Shown piece by piece: positions 1 to 14,600 of a stretch of DNA of 64,000 nucleotides. A model generated the notes under the pieces. It searched no databases and was not told the origin of the DNA. It saw nothing but the letters and a program-made list of their open reading frames with translations. The position numbers and the translations under genes were made by a program. The stretch spans positions 5,828,001 to 5,892,000 of the forward strand of contig OZ004608.1 in assembly GCA_963924565.1 (NCBI GenBank). Direction: 5' to 3'. This DNA comes from Ascidiella aspersa. Taxonomy: Eukaryota. Every line of letters starts with the position of its first letter. The stretch's first letter is position 1.

Positions 1-3000
1 TAAATGTGAAATTAGCAAAGTAAGGCCAAATCGATATCGCTTAATCTTTGAAGCTTCCTGAGACACATTCAAACTAGCAGGGTTGTGTAAAATATTACAG
101 AAAAGTGTTTCATCAACATTAACATCATTGCAGTCTTCCATAGTTCTACAAACGATTAAAACTTAACTTGGCCCCTTTGTTTTGTTTAAATAATTTTGTA
201 TTGCTAAAGGAGGACACTGGTACGTTTCCTGGTTGTAGCCCCTTAGGAAAAGTATGTACCAAGGCCCGTTAAACATTTAAGCACGTATCTTCCAATGATC
301 AGATACAGATTTATAAAATGGGAAAATTTTTGAAGCGTTCATCTACAGCCCCTCCCAATCGTTTCCCTAAACGTCCTACGCTTGAACTCTGTGCGTGAAT
401 CCCTCCGACCGACCCACAGGTTGCTGGGTGGCTTGTTAGTCGGTGCAAGCGATAAAACACCGTAACTAATCGGGCGCGGTACGATAAAAGCCAACGCAGA
501 CTTGCAACAGGCCAAGGCGGGAGGGTTTAAGTCGAATCAACCGCGAACCTAATTCGGCGTTTACTTTCCTTTGCGTTTCGCTGCAAGCGCGTTAACGCAG
601 TTTGCTGCCAAGAGAGCGGAATTTTAAGCGTGTTTTTCGGCCGGGAAAGGGTTACTTTTTACCTTGCAAGTCTGCAGACCCTTTGAGTCGTTAAGGTGGG
701 GTTTAAATAGGGGTTATTTACATTCCAGTGACCGTGCCCGATCGCCGTTCAGGTACAAGGACTTCAGGGCTTCTGAAAAACAACCTCTACCAACTAAGTT
801 GTTGCCTTACTTGTTTCGACATGTATTTTAACATAGGTAACTATGAACGGATCTGTTTTGTAGCTTGATAATGAATTTTAAAGCCAAAAAGATCGAGTAA
901 ATCGACATTATCTTGATAAAGACGTTTCGACTCGTACTTGTATCATAACGATAATACAAACCTACACGTTTACAATGAATTTGAAGTTTAACTTTAAACC
1001 AAGAATTAAGAGCGTATTTTAAGCCAAGAAACGTTGTTTCGGGCCGAATTTGAAAGAATCTTTGTGAAAGATAGCACAACGTTTTCCCTTTGTAGTTTTC
1101 GGCCACAATTGGAACTCAAGAAGTTGATCACCCTGAATTTGTAAGTAGTTGAAGTCTCAACTAACATTTTTATACCAAACTGACATATTCAACAAACTAA
1201 GAAATTTCACTGTCTGTTTTATACGCATTCAAATCCTATAGATTTTAAGAAGATCAACAACTGGAAGTCGATTACACTGGCTTTGTCGCTGTAGTTAAAT
1301 TCCAATCCACTTTTTATGAAACGCCCCTTAACTTAGTTAATTGCTGTAAATTCTATGGCATTTTTGCAACATTGATAAGCTTTAACAAGACCGTGCTTCA
1401 TTCGACCAACAACGGTATCCGATGTGAACGATCGTTAACATTAAAATAAAACTTGTCGGTCAATACTGCCATCCGATTTGCAACTGTTTATATTTATTTA
1501 AACGGCTTCTGACTATAAGTGTGTTCCAAACTTAAAGAATCCTTGAAATGAGAACAAAAACGGAAAGTGAAAATTTACCTAACTGTCTTACTATTTATAG
1601 ACCCAACACACTGAAATCGATGTGGTACCGAAACTTTGCAGTGCTCACCATATCTCGCCTTGGTAATCTAGCAACTCTTTGACGGGTCTGCCAAGTACAA
1701 ATCCCTTCGCAAATATCGCTCCGTGCGGAACCTTAAATTGTCGATCTTTGTGGCTTTTACCACGATCTGAAGATTGCCTAAGCATTGTGTAGCTGTCGTT
1801 TACAGGAAGTGGGACCAAGAAATACAAAATTTTACAAACCTAATGAAAGGTAATAAACTGTTTGCCTGGAGGTCTCTCTGATTCCTTGCTGTTCCTGCAA
1901 TATCCGTGTCGCTGCGATATTTGCTTTTTCATGTTTTACACGAATTTAAGCTTCACCTTGACGAATGAACATCGCTTACTGACTCGTGTTAAAACAAGAC
2001 CTAGGTGACAGCTGTGCAAATAAACTGTAGCGATAAAAGACGAACTCAAGCTCTGTGTAGAGTTAGTATAGAACTTGACGAATTGCAATATAAGAAAAAA
2101 CGATGTTGCCTTGAGAATATACCTCGCATGTAGTATTTACAGCGTTCCTTATGAGATTTCACTTCAACATAATTTTGGGTATGTTGCACTTCTAATTCAA
2201 ACTTTTCAAAACAATATATTGACTTGAAGTTAACGCCTTGGCTTGGACGTTCACTAATAGCTAACAAAACCAGTCGGTCTGTAAAGGATTTTGCTATGTA
2301 AAGACTAAAGTATCTCATCTGCGGTAAGATTTGAACCTACGACCTCGGTCATACCAGCGATTATGGTTAGCCAGAAGGTAGAAATCGTTTCTTTATTTGC
2401 GAATCATGGCTTGCCGATCGCTGCTCCGCTGACGCGTGTATAAACAATAAGACTGTTGGCGAAATATAATTTTTTTTACAAAGTTCTAATGCTGTGTTTT
2501 GCTCAGGTCTTACAACTTTTAGTTTTATTGTCTGAAAGCGGCAAAAATGCGGGTCCACTGTAGGCAATCAGTTACATTGCCGCAGCTTGGCAGTGATCAC
2601 CTCGGCAAGAAATTCGTCCCAGGCGATTGTTTACAACACCAAGGCCTCACACGAACTCGCTTGCCAAAGCTATATACAGTACTGAAAAATCCACCACACG
2701 TACAGCGAAGCGTGATTTATACGCATTCGGATCAATGAAAACGAGTTCTGTCTTAAAATGCAAATCCCCTGCTTTGTTTTTGCGCTTTACGAAACCGCTT
2801 CATGTTTCAACCGCCGAAATCGATTTCGCCGGGGTTTTACATGCGCGATAAAACAAATAAAGCACACCTCGAGCATTTTCCATTCCCTTATTTGCCGATG
2901 CATCGCGCTTCCGGGAAACCTAATGTATTTTAAATTGCCGCCGTTGGTTTACGTCGCGCAGCAAGTTCGTGCAGACCCCGGTAACACCTCGGCCAAAACA

Positions 3001-3004
3001 CTCG

Positions 3005-3215
3005 GCTAATCGACCCCAGGGTCGCTTGATTGATTTGGCCGGATTTGGGCGACTGATTCGCCGTCGTTGGTGGCCGGATTTCCGAGCCCGCTTGAAATCG
3101 AGTTAATCCGCTTAGCTAGGTCGCGTCTTTGCGCTAAAGACGCCCTAGGGCATTGGATCGCCAACTGACCGGATTCGCTGACCGAACCTATTTTGGCCGG
3201 ATTAAACTGACCGAT
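3005..3215. promoter_or_regulatory. Candidate enhancer with clustered ETS-type and K50-homeodomain sites
   Basis: CCGGAT at 3039, 3074, 3169 and 3197; TAATCC at 3104; GGATTA at 3199. Confidence 0.35.
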
Positions 3216-3889
3216 ACTATGTAACAGAATCACTACATTACCCATGCCTTTGCTGTTGTTTGCTGTTTCGTTTGAACCTACAGAAATACTGGAATACGTG
3301 TAGCATTAAACAAGTATTGATTCAAAATCTTGAAAATACAAATTCAAAAACTTGAAAACGTAAATTTTAATTTCAAACCGTATTAAATATCCTGCTGCTG
3401 CCAGGCATTGTATTAATTCTAAAACTGTCGGACGAACAATTTTGGTATGAAATATCACTTGTTACATATTAACATTTCCAGTGTAATTGTTTTTTAATCA
3501 AACAAATTTGCGTTTATTTTAGTAAAGTTGATCCTTACCATTTACTATGAAGCATCAAAATATATACTTTACATTGGAACTCATTGAAGTATAAATTAGC
3601 AAAGTTGTAACAAGTAAAATTTTCAAGGGAGAAACGAAAGTCTGTATTAAATATATTTTTATAATTAGTTTTGCCCTTCGTCATTGCACAAAAACTCTTT
3701 AAGTTGACATCGACTCCATTTTAGTCGTTTGAAAGGCAATTTAGTTGGCCGAAATATTTATAAACAAATAAATGCAGCCTCTAAAGAGGCATGGGTTTAA
3801 ATGGGGGCGTGAGACAGAAGGTTTGGTGGGGTTCGTTTCGCGCCCCATAATGCTGGGGTCAAGTTTGCGATTTCTACCCGTCACGGTTG

Positions 3890-3928
3890 TGACGTCACAG
3901 AAGCCGAGTCGTAGTCTAAGTGACGTCA
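3890..3928. promoter_or_regulatory. Pair of perfect CRE palindromes
   Basis: TGACGTCA at 3890-3897 and 3921-3928 in a GC-rich patch. Confidence 0.4.
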
Positions 3929-6900
3929 TACTTGGTAAATTGCGAAAACGTGCGGGTAAATTATATCAACACAAACGTTTTAAGCATTTTATTTGACAAA
4001 GATTTTTCGAACTTAGCACCAATACAAAGTTGAAACATTTTTATGAAACCCTACAAGATATGCTTCGCAAAATATTTTGTGGAATATTGAAATAAATAAA
4101 TCGGCTAACACTTGACATAAACTTACAGAGCAGCGCAAAACTAAAATCCTGCCCGACTAAGCCACGAATTTTATCAAAAAGGTTTTCCTAAACTATAGTC
4201 GTGTTTACCGAATTGCGCAAAACCTACATTCTGTGCATTATCGATACAACAAAAGCATAAAGCTTAAAAAGAATACACAAGATATCATATTGGGCAAACA
4301 GAAACATGGGTTCATTTATAGTTTAGAAATATATTACACGGCTAAATCGTAGGTAAAATAGGGCAGTTTATCATCAAACCGCCCACACAAAGTTGCATGT
4401 TTATCAAAGATATCTCAGACCATAAGGAAGTTTGTTCAACATGTGGGCACGTGACTCTATTCAATTCACTTAAATCCCAATTAAACATTGACTTTGGCAA
4501 AGGTTTCATTTCGATCGCAATAAAGCTAGACACCCTGACACACAACGAGTATCTAAACCGCAAGTCAAACCTTGCTATTTGCACACCAGGGCCTATTGGC
4601 GCATTCTGCGGGCACTCAGAGCGAAGTCATGGCGCCTCCCTTGCGTATTGCAGAATCGAGTCGCGTACATCCGATGTTACGATACGCAGGGTGTCTAACG
4701 TTTGCGGAATTTTATCTAAGTCTTGCGGGACACGTTCGGCCGGGGCAATCGACGGAATAACGACTGGCGTGACTCTGCGAGTATTTTACGGGCAAAGCGC
4801 ACGAAATGAAATTCCGATTTTCCGCGGAGTGCTGTTGTTAAATCTGGGCACTGGTGCACTGCAAAAGTAAATACACGAACAGTCACACAATCTCCACCTA
4901 GTTTGCTTTTACCTGCACAGCTTTGTGCAACAGTAGCTGGCGTACAAAGAAATTTCGGTTGGTAAGCACATCTAATATTTAATTAAAGGCAAATTAGGAA
5001 GGAAGTAATTCATCTTTTCTTAAATATACTGATTTTGCTTAAACACAGCTGCTGAAGTTGATACACTGCTCAACCTGCAAAATACGATTTCTAGAACATG
5101 TACAAAACATGTACTGTTTTTTAATTTTTTACTAAATTCTATATTAAATAGTTAAGTGTAAAATAAGCACAAATAAACAACTATAAATCGTTTCATGTCA
5201 ACACTGCTTTTCCACGGAAAAAACAAATTTTCGACTTAAAACAACCTTTATCTTCTGTTAGGACGCCTAAACAAACCTTTGACCTTAAGGGTTTTAATAT
5301 CCTTTCCTATTCATTGCGCAACAATTTTCACGGTTCAAACTTAAAAAGAGACAGCTATACTTTAAGCAATCAAGCCTTGACTACAAAACATATCTCCGAC
5401 GTCGAATCGTATAAAGATCTACGGTTAAGCGATAAAGCATCTGCGGGACTTTACGGTCGCCTTTGCGGCCTAAGGCTTTTACCTTTCTCGCTTTCAGATA
5501 GCGAAGTCTCTCACTCAAGTAAAATGACTGAGTGAAATCGCACACAAGCCAGGCGGCGCACAGCCCAGCGCTTCTCAAAGAGACCAGCTCAATTTAAAGC
5601 CCCCGGTCGCGAGACTTAATTGACGCAGACGCCGTCGCTTTGCGTAGGAAAAGGGCGTCGCTTTGAACGTGTGATTTCGCGTTTTCATGCCACAGTGGCT
5701 GTGAATTGTTAAATTTAATTGCTAAATAAACTACCACTATCGCTGCAACAAAGTGGCGGGCAACAGTGCTACGATCAATTATGCACCTGCTTTTATTTAA
5801 TGTTCACATGCTTTGAAGTGACGTATATTCGGTTTTGCTGAGGTCGTGATTTCGAATCCCGCCGCAAGCTACCTCTTTCTGTAGATGTTTTTTCGCACGA
5901 ACTTCTTGAATTAAATATCGGCAAATTTCGGGAACGGGCTTGTAGCGTACTTAAGGCGAAGGCGTGTAACAAAAACACAATCACAGTTTTGTAAATCATA
6001 ATGCCGCTTTATGTTATCCAGCCTAGGTATTATCAAAAATATGGGTAACTTTAGCTTTAATTTCGCCAAACCTGTATCATTCTATGGGCCTATAATTCTA
6101 TGGGCTTATAATAAATAGAACTGATTTGCGGCCCTTGGTAAAACAGGTCAGATGCTACCGCAAAACATATAATAGAATGTGTAGTGCGAATAGGAACAGG
6201 ATGATCTCGCGTAATACAAATGGCTGTAATATTAAACTGGCGTCACCTCCCAATATTTTGCGTGCGAATTGTCGGACACATAGGGGTGCGTGCGGCGTGG
6301 GTAAACGAAAGCTCGCGATTCGTATCGAGTACCCCCTAATAGCGCCCCAAATTACCCCTTTCGTTTATGGGTCAGATCCTGATTTTGCGACAACAACCAT
6401 ATTGCGTGTCAAAGTAATCCAAAGCCTCTGGGATATGACAAGGCTTCGAACAATGGACATGCTGTTCTTGCTGTTTTAACCAGCAATCTTGTCTCGCGGT
6501 GGCCAGATATTCTCTGTAAAAATGAAAAAAAAATTTGGGTTTTAGTAGAAAGTTTTCGTGTTTTCTCTGACGGTAATTATTCCACACAAACTTTTGCAGC
6601 CAGAAAATACAGCCCGAGAAAAAAACACACCCTTTCCAGGTTTGGAGTGATGTATTTATCAAGTTAATCTTTTAAAAAATAATGTTAAATCAAAGAAGTA
6701 CAAATTCGTTTAAAAGATACAGCAAGATCCTCGTACTAGATTCTACTATATAACATTGTGTAGCATTGTACTGTATTGATATACATTAGTAGTTTCGACG
6801 AGATGGACTCTATATGTTCCATTTAAAGGTGGTGAATACAGTTTTGTGAAACCCGCCTTCAGATTTTACGTCTACCAAGACTTGAAATGAATTAGAGCCT

Positions 6901-9900
6901 CCGTTCATTCACTCTTACAAATTAACGCCAATCTTCGATAACCAGAGTCGCACCACAACAATGTGGAACAGCATAATACTCAAAACTAGCAATTCAGGTC
7001 AGACACTACAAAGATCAAAATTTAATGACGATACCATTGCTGGCGAAATATATATATTGATATATATATTTTAAGACCTTTAGATAATGTCCTGAATTAG
7101 ACATATTCTAGATTATTCTGCCTTTAGGAAATTAATGCCGACATTTATCTTGCATTGGTCAGGTTGATTTCTAATATCACATATTCAACACAACAATATC
7201 TCCACATAAATTGAAACCTATATATATATGCTGTTTGTACATCTTGAAACATCCGACAGCCAATAGTCAGGGTTGCTGCTTTAGGTTTAATGGTAAGTTC
7301 GAGTGACAGCCGGTGTCTTTATGAAAATCTGAGAGCGGAAATGTCCGTAGCTTTGACTGGCGTTTCCAACAGCCCCCTCCCCCCAATATACCCACAACCA
7401 ACACGCTATAAACACCATAAATGCCTGTCACACAAACACCGCGACTGGGGGACGGCGTGAATGACTTTGACGGAATGCTGTCGGTCTTAAACCTTGGAAA
7501 GCCGCCTTTATAAACCAAGGAAAGCCTGCAGAAAATCTTATATATTGGCGATCGATTTATTGCTTTTTAACGCTCGCTTAGGTTTTACCACTGCGGATCA
7601 CTTTCTGCATCCTCGAAGTATATAGTCTATTATGACTAAATATCAATATTCATCGCTATTAAATATGAATATATTGCAACATTTACTTTAAAGTGCATTT
7701 GCGGGATTGGTTGCTCACTCTGAGTAACATTCACTATAGTGTATTTATCTAATTTTAAATAGGGTAATCAGGTGGTCAAGATACAATTTGTTTTATAATA
7801 GTGCTACCTTATTACTCTCTTTAAAATATTAGGATTAATATGTTCTTTCTTTTTGGATATAAACAGCTATAGCTTCTCCCGTCATTTCGGTCTTTAAAAT
7901 CCGGCAATGTTTTGCGAAAACGCGTCCGCTTTTAGCGTATTCGACAAAAGCCAAATATTTCGCACATAATCCGGTATTCGTCTTCATAGGCGCTAAAAGC
8001 ACGCATTTGCATTGAAAGTTAGGATGTGGCTTTGCCAATACTCACCCGCCTAAGTCGGAGATTTCAACACTTGGATCAAGCCTGGAATCTAGCGCCCGCT
8101 TCCCGTAAGCCTTTATTGACAGACGAAATCTCAAATAACTCACCAAATGTCAAATGCCAAGTGCTTTCATGGGTTCTGGGTGCTCCTTAGTGGGAAACCC
8201 GGGTACTTTTATTGAGTTTTCGATTGCAGGAAATTGGAAATTAACTTTCCAATGTTCGACGACTTGCTGCCTGACTACACATGGCGTGAAAACTTAGTAA
8301 GTCGAAGGTTGGCCCTTTCAAATTCTTCAACAAGACTTTGGTTTATTTGTAACGTGCTATTTTATCGAGGTTATCAAGTTTTGGGAAACAACATCACGTG
8401 TTTAGGTAGATCGGTAAAATATACGTAACTCGTTTAGCGAGCCAAACATACACAACCTTTTGTGTGCTTTTAACGCGAGACTGTATTGCCAAGTTTAATT
8501 CATACCTTTTTACAAAAACGTCTTTGTTTTATACGTAGTTTTTTTCAAGTGTTTTGATATCTCAACCGCTGAAAAGTCACGAAACAACGTAGCAGCAAAG
8601 AATATTAAAGATGCCGTCAGAACATACAAAGGACTCGATTTAAATCTCCTCAACCAGTGGATCACGAATTTGTTTTATATGACCTACATTTTAACGCCAA
8701 TTTCTGCATGAAAAAGGTACATATTAAAGTGTTTAAGACCTATTTCATAAAAAAAAAATTGAGTTGTATGTGTTCTAAGATTGAGTTGTATGTGTTCGTT
8801 GTGTTAACTGAATTGCTGCCAAATCACCGTATTGTGCGCCCTAAAACAAAATTCTCGGAATAAAAGTACCGCAAGGTAAATAAAGACTGACAAAAACGTG
8901 CTGCAAAGTAAAACAAAACTTGAGAATCACTGCTTTAAAAGGTAGTCCGTGCGCTATTCGACTCGAAAAACATTGTGTGACGACAATGAGTAAGGGTGGC
9001 TTGCGCGTTGGTGAGGCTTAGCTAAGTGCGACATGCAATCTTGCGGAAACTCAGTCAATAAACACACGTCGGTGAGAGCAATACACGCCATTCCACCGAG
9101 ACCCTCGACAACACATGAAATTCTACGCGGTGGGGCTTTGAATTCGAGGCTTGGCCAGTCAGAAACACACTTTTCTTATTAGGGAAAGGTAAAATAGGGG
9201 CACGCGGAGCCAGTATTTGTAAAAGTGTTTCAATTGAATTCGTGTTTTGTGTAGATAACTCTCTATACGATTTTTAGTTTTACAAAAAAAGGAATGATTC
9301 CTGTTTTCTACAGCGAAATTTAGTTTTCTGTTTTTCTTCAAGATGATTGCTTGTTGCCTTGTCGTTTTTCATATTAAGTATAAAGTAGCGTTTACTGTGC
9401 CCCTCTGAAACGATGGGCCTCACACATTATTCTGAAACTAACAACTATACTTCACTAACAACTATATGGAAGGAAAACACCAACAGAGCGCCTATCTGCC
9501 AAAAACATGCACTTCACAAACCAGCTGCATAACTCTCCAAACACAAAAACAAATGACCAACCTCCTTGATAGTTTTTAATCATTACAGAAAAAATTACAC
9601 GAAACTACCCAGCATGCCTTGAACAAACAAACTTGCCACCACACTGCCACAAGCGCAGCACATTGAACAAAGCAGCGTCTCTGCGGGTTTTAAATCATTA
9701 CGCGAAAAATCGAACGCGGCCCGTCTTGACCTACCGCTAATCTACGCCCTTGACAAACAAAGAAGTCAAAACAGCTATACACAACGCAACAATATATAAA
9801 CTGTTGCTACCAGGCATAGTAATAAAAAACAAAAAACAGCTTCCCTGGTAATTGTAATTGTATTTACCAGAGAAGCTGTTTTTTATTTGTACAACGCAAC

Positions 9901-10316
9901 AAGTTTCCACGAAAGCTCCAACTTTGATGTTCCGAGCTTTTTTGACCTTTGTCCACTCCTGCTTTAGCAGCATCATGAAAGCCCACAGCAGAAGGTTGCT
10001 ATATTTAGAGCTGGAAGCGAGACCGCAGACACAATATTTGATCTAGGTGCTGCGGGTGCCGACATTTGCCGCAAACTGCCGCAAGATTCCGCAAGTCACC
10101 ACGAAAGGTTGTGGAGATTTGCGGTATATTTTTGTGATACATGCAGGTGTAAAGGAATATGAAGTTTTCGTTTAGGAACGCAGATATAATTTCAGTGATG
10201 AAATCAAAAAGTTACTTCATAATGGGACGTTTCAAGCTAGTAATTATGAATATCTCGATATTTTACGAAGATCCCCTAAAAAGATTTTTGGTCTTGAAGA
10301 CCAGTGTCGGCATGCA

Positions 10317-10391
10317 ATTTTTAGTTACAATGTACTAAATTGATTTTTAGTTACAATGTACTAAATTGATTTTTAGTTACAATGTACTAAA
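10317..10391. repeat. 26-bp tandem repeat, about 3 copies
   Basis: ATTTTTAGTTACAATGTACTAAATTG. Confidence 0.9.
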
Positions 10392-10812
10392 ATCTTCATG
10401 TTTAAAAAAAGTCGATTTGTTAAAAAATCAAGATGTTAATTAGGATTTCATGGCCAAAAACGCGTCCACGCAACCCAAGGAGTTCACGGACCCCAGTAAC
10501 ACCTGTGACCTTTGCTTTTCGGTTGACAAATGGCTATAAAATGTGATGTTTGGCACCTATACGGTATTTGTGGAAGCAGCAGGGAGACGATAATACTTTT
10601 GTCATTGTCCTACCTAAACATTATCGACCAAAATCGCAAGTGACCGAAGGCCCTTCCACAATGGATGCGACAATATTTGTGAATGGTGAGGTTCAAATTT
10701 GCACTGGGCGAGAAAGTAAACACGAGTACGTCCGATTCGATAAGAGGCGCATCCACAAATTGCGGTTGCTTGGTGTTGGGGTCCAAGTCAAGACAACAAA
10801 GTATAACTACAC

Positions 10813-11182
10813 AAGGGGTGGGCAGCCTTTTCTAGACGCCGGCCAAAATCAAACTCAGAAAGGTCTCTGAGGGCCGTTAAATTTTAACTGTGGGGACTTT
10901 ACGGATATTTATACCAATAGCGGCGACTGTTAATCAAGGTTTAGACCAGGGTATTTTGCGATTAAAAAGGGGTAAAATCTATGTTTTACGCTTGGTTCAC
11001 GACTTTTTACCGTATGTCGAAATAAAATACCTTTACCGTATGTTGAAAAAAATACTTTAACGTATGTTAAATAGACAAAAAGTATGAGGAATGGTCTCGT
11101 GCCCAGTTTGTAAATTAGGTCGCGGGCCGCTTGATTTGCATTGGCAGGCCGGATCTGGCCCGAAGGCCGTAGCCCTCCCCTG
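10813..11182. mobile_element. hAT-type MITE
   Basis: (C/A)AGGGGTGGGC...GCGGGCCG..GGCCCG..CCCCTG; 8-bp TSD AACTACAC/AACTACAA. Confidence 0.75.
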
Positions 11183-11319
11183 AACTACAATATAGTTTGT
11201 TATTTTGCGGACATGGCTTGTGGCCGCGCATCAAAAATGTGCCTCCCAAATTCCTAACACATAATGAGCAAAGGTTGTCTGCAAGCCATTACCGAACACG
11301 GGAGTTTTCGGATTAAAGC

Positions 11320-11664
11320 TAGGGATGTCCGGTATTTCGTATTTTATCCCATACCGATACCGGATATGTTTGGAAAAAGTACCGCTGTTGCAATCCGTTA
11401 CCAAATGACGTCAATATTATGGGCAAATAAGCTAAATTGTTCAAATGTGCATTTGTAATGTTTTCCGGGTTGTTACAAGCAAAGACTGCTTAAACGATAA
11501 ATAAATTGTGTAGTTCCCTTTAGTGTAAATATGCAATAAATTTACAGTTACATTGCAAACCACGGCTAAAAGCTTAAGTTAATTTCATCCGTGTATCGAA
11601 CAAGTTCCCATATACCACTTAGTATAGGGAGTCGGTCCCGATCTGAATTTCTCGAACATCCCTA
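11320..11664. mobile_element. hAT-like MITE (TAGGGATG termini, GATACC repeats); relative at about 33720-34250
   Basis: TAGGGATGT...ACATCCCTA; TSD not recognisable. Confidence 0.6.
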
Positions 11665-14600
11665 TACGTAACGCAGTGCCTTGCTTAACATGCAATACAC
11701 CTATATGTAGAGTGGAATTTGTACTAAGAAGTAAAACAGAAATGATTAAGTCTTCAGTATTTTTTTATAAATTATTTTCTATTAAACCATATTAATAGCG
11801 CATTTGGCATACGATAGTACAGTCGTACCTTTGGTCTGAAGAAACGTGTTTAAAAACAAAGTGTCGTATCCAAATAAGTTATTTATTCAACTGCTAAAGT
11901 TTAGCCAAATCTTCTTTGGCATAAAATAATAAACCCAAGCGTACTCAGATACAGTTGTAAAATAGCGCAAATGCATTAACGTTGTTTTTTTCTTGGCCGG
12001 TGCGTACTTAAATTGGCCCTGAGAAGGAAGGTCCGTGTTTAACGGAATTAAATAAGAAGAAAATAGCAAGGGCACTAGTGCAGTGTTCCGAAAAGCGCCT
12101 ATGTCGATGGAATGCCATTCACAAAATCAACAAAAGTTCGAGGCAAAAGGCACGTGCTGAGCGAAATTGGGGCGTTCCGGGCACCGCCCTATTTGTCGTT
12201 CGACGCTTCTGACATATTCGCATCAGTGGACAGTGGTTCGCAAACTGTGTATGCTTTGCCACGCCAGTTTCTATTGAGAGATGCATGAGCGTGCCCCATA
12301 AATCTTGTAATTTGGCAGGGAACCGATTCTTAGGCATGTAGACAAGCATACGCGACCGACAACACCAAGGTATTCACCGCAGACGTAAAAAAATGGCAAA
12401 TTTAAATTTGTTTATAGCAAAACTTACAGAATTTAATGTCGCATATTTTTATTTGTTAAGAGAGCCGAAAATTAAAAATAAGAACCACTGGCGTAAAGTT
12501 TAGCACTGCCTGTTGTTAGCGGTTAAATGCTTGACAGTTTTAGCAATACATTGCAAGGCATTCATTTCCCATGTTCCCATTTCCATTAGTCCAATTTTTT
12601 TTAATTCCTTCTTAAACTTCTGCACTACATTTAAACTTGGATAACGATTTGCGAAAAAAATTGCTGACCCACTGCCATGAAAGGCCAACAAATCACTGCC
12701 AAGGGTGTAAATCCAGTTCTGAAAGCCGCTGATTAAAATAGATAGCTTGCCAGCTATAGGCCACATACATCCTTGTGGCATATCTCAACAGACTGGTCGT
12801 GTTTTGATGCTGCAAAGCTATAGGTCTTGCCGCCAAAACATTTCAACCGGAAGCTTTACCAGAGAGGGTTAACGTCACGGTGCTCACGTCACAATGCGAC
12901 CCCTGTTCGCGTCACAATGGCGGCTTGTTCGCCGGACGGTGTCAGGGCGATGTCAAGGGGTGAAACCCTACACCAGTCAAGCGAAGGATTGATGAGTGCA
13001 CAGGCAAAGCTGCTGGAACCCTGGCTCTGGCTAGCCGTGACCGGTAATGGGCGACCGCGAATTAGATTAACGACTGAAATTGCGCTTGGGGGACAGAAGT
13101 GCTGAGATATGCAGTAGCAAGCGCGCTAGGGATACTTAAAGGGTAAATATTTGGGCGGGGGGTGATTTGTCTATACTTGGAGGACTCAAAGGCTAAATGC
13201 CTGGCGCATTAATAGGGTAAACGCTTGCGGAAATGGTGGCGTGTTGCACTTTATATGCCATAAAACATATACGTCATACGTGTCTAACTGTCTATCTTTG
13301 TGGTTGATTTGTTAATTGGCCAGCAGGCACACTGATAACAGTTTACACTTATAACATTGTAGTTTGCTTACCTCACATTTTCGGTTGTTTTAATTTTTCT
13401 CATCTGATAAAAACCGTTGCGGCTACGCGAATGCTTGACAATTTTTACTATGTCGTTTGTCGTTTGTCAGTTTAGAATAAGGTATATTAATTGACGATAA
13501 AACATTGCGAACAAAATATTATATCAAAACAAATAAATTTGCTAGTCAACGGTGACCAAGTAAGACGCCTTCCGTAATTCTCAATTTGAAGTTAACCGCA
13601 AATAGCCGTAACACGTAACAAACACATGGGTTATAGACATTAATAATACTCCGATTTTTCCTCACTAACACCCATACTCTTTCTCAGCTATATATTTGTT
13701 GTAAATTGTTCACACGAACCATATTAAGAAGACTATGCATTAACGTGAATTTAAATTTTCTCAGGGATTTGTTACATAAAAGCAATTACGCTGTCCAAGT
13801 CTCTAAAATCAAAGGACTTGTTCTAAAAAAATAATATGAACCAAGTTGAAACTGATTCATCCAGAAAAACACAAATACAACATGACAGTAAAAGCCAAAT
13901 AAAACTGCTATAAAACACGTGGCCATCTACACTAGACTATGTTCTGCCTTTAAAGTTTTGACCCCCTTTATTTCCTGTGATCAACTGATTGCATTTCGAA
14001 TCATTACTTCGCCTCGTTTGACCGGTCGCGTGTTGAGGTCCACAATTGCGTAACATGCCCCTTTTCCGTCGGTCCGTGTTTTTCTCAAGTCGTGTCAGGA
14101 CACGGTTGGTTTAACGTGCCCCCTCTAAGGACGCCAGCTGTTGTTTCGATAGGCCGGAAAATACGGAAACATTCCGTAAAAATAACGCTTGTCCAACGCG
14201 CCAGTCTGAAGAGGTTTTTGTGACTTCCGACCGATTGTATGCCAGCCTTTTTTAGCGAACTTATAAGATAAATATAGAAAATAGTTTCATAGGCAAGACA
14301 CTCTTTAAAATAAACTGGCAAAATATTAAATTGAGTTTGTCGAAAATTCAAAGGTTTTTGATTTTTTCAATAATTTTCTAGTCACTTTGTTTTACTTAAG
14401 GAACTGACGATGTTACTATAGGCGAAATATATATTCCTTTTAAAAATGTTTAATCCTGGTTTTACTCGTTTTGTTTAAACTGAGTTTTATTGTTGATATA
14501 CGCGTCAGCGGAACCGTGATCGACAAGCAGAAACTGCTGCCAATGGCTTTGGATTCCATAGAGTTACGCCTTTTTTTAAATAATATATAATATTAAGGTA

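Noticed and set aside
4397-4870. Longest ORF in the track (157 aa)
   Set aside because: No recognisable domain, composition or splice context; likely a chance ORF over a GC-rich regulatory patch.
8230-8296. Plus-strand exon candidate (MFDDLLPDYTWRENL)
   Set aside because: Good splice signals, but no downstream in-frame partner or recognisable product could be identified.
12827-13105. GC-rich ORF with ATGGCGGC start
   Set aside because: No homology recognised; CGTCAC x3 and a YY1-like motif fit a regulatory patch equally well, so it is not supportable as a CDS.
14404-14426. Hammerhead-like CTGACGA...GAAA
   Set aside because: Stem II and the flanking stems cannot be formed convincingly.
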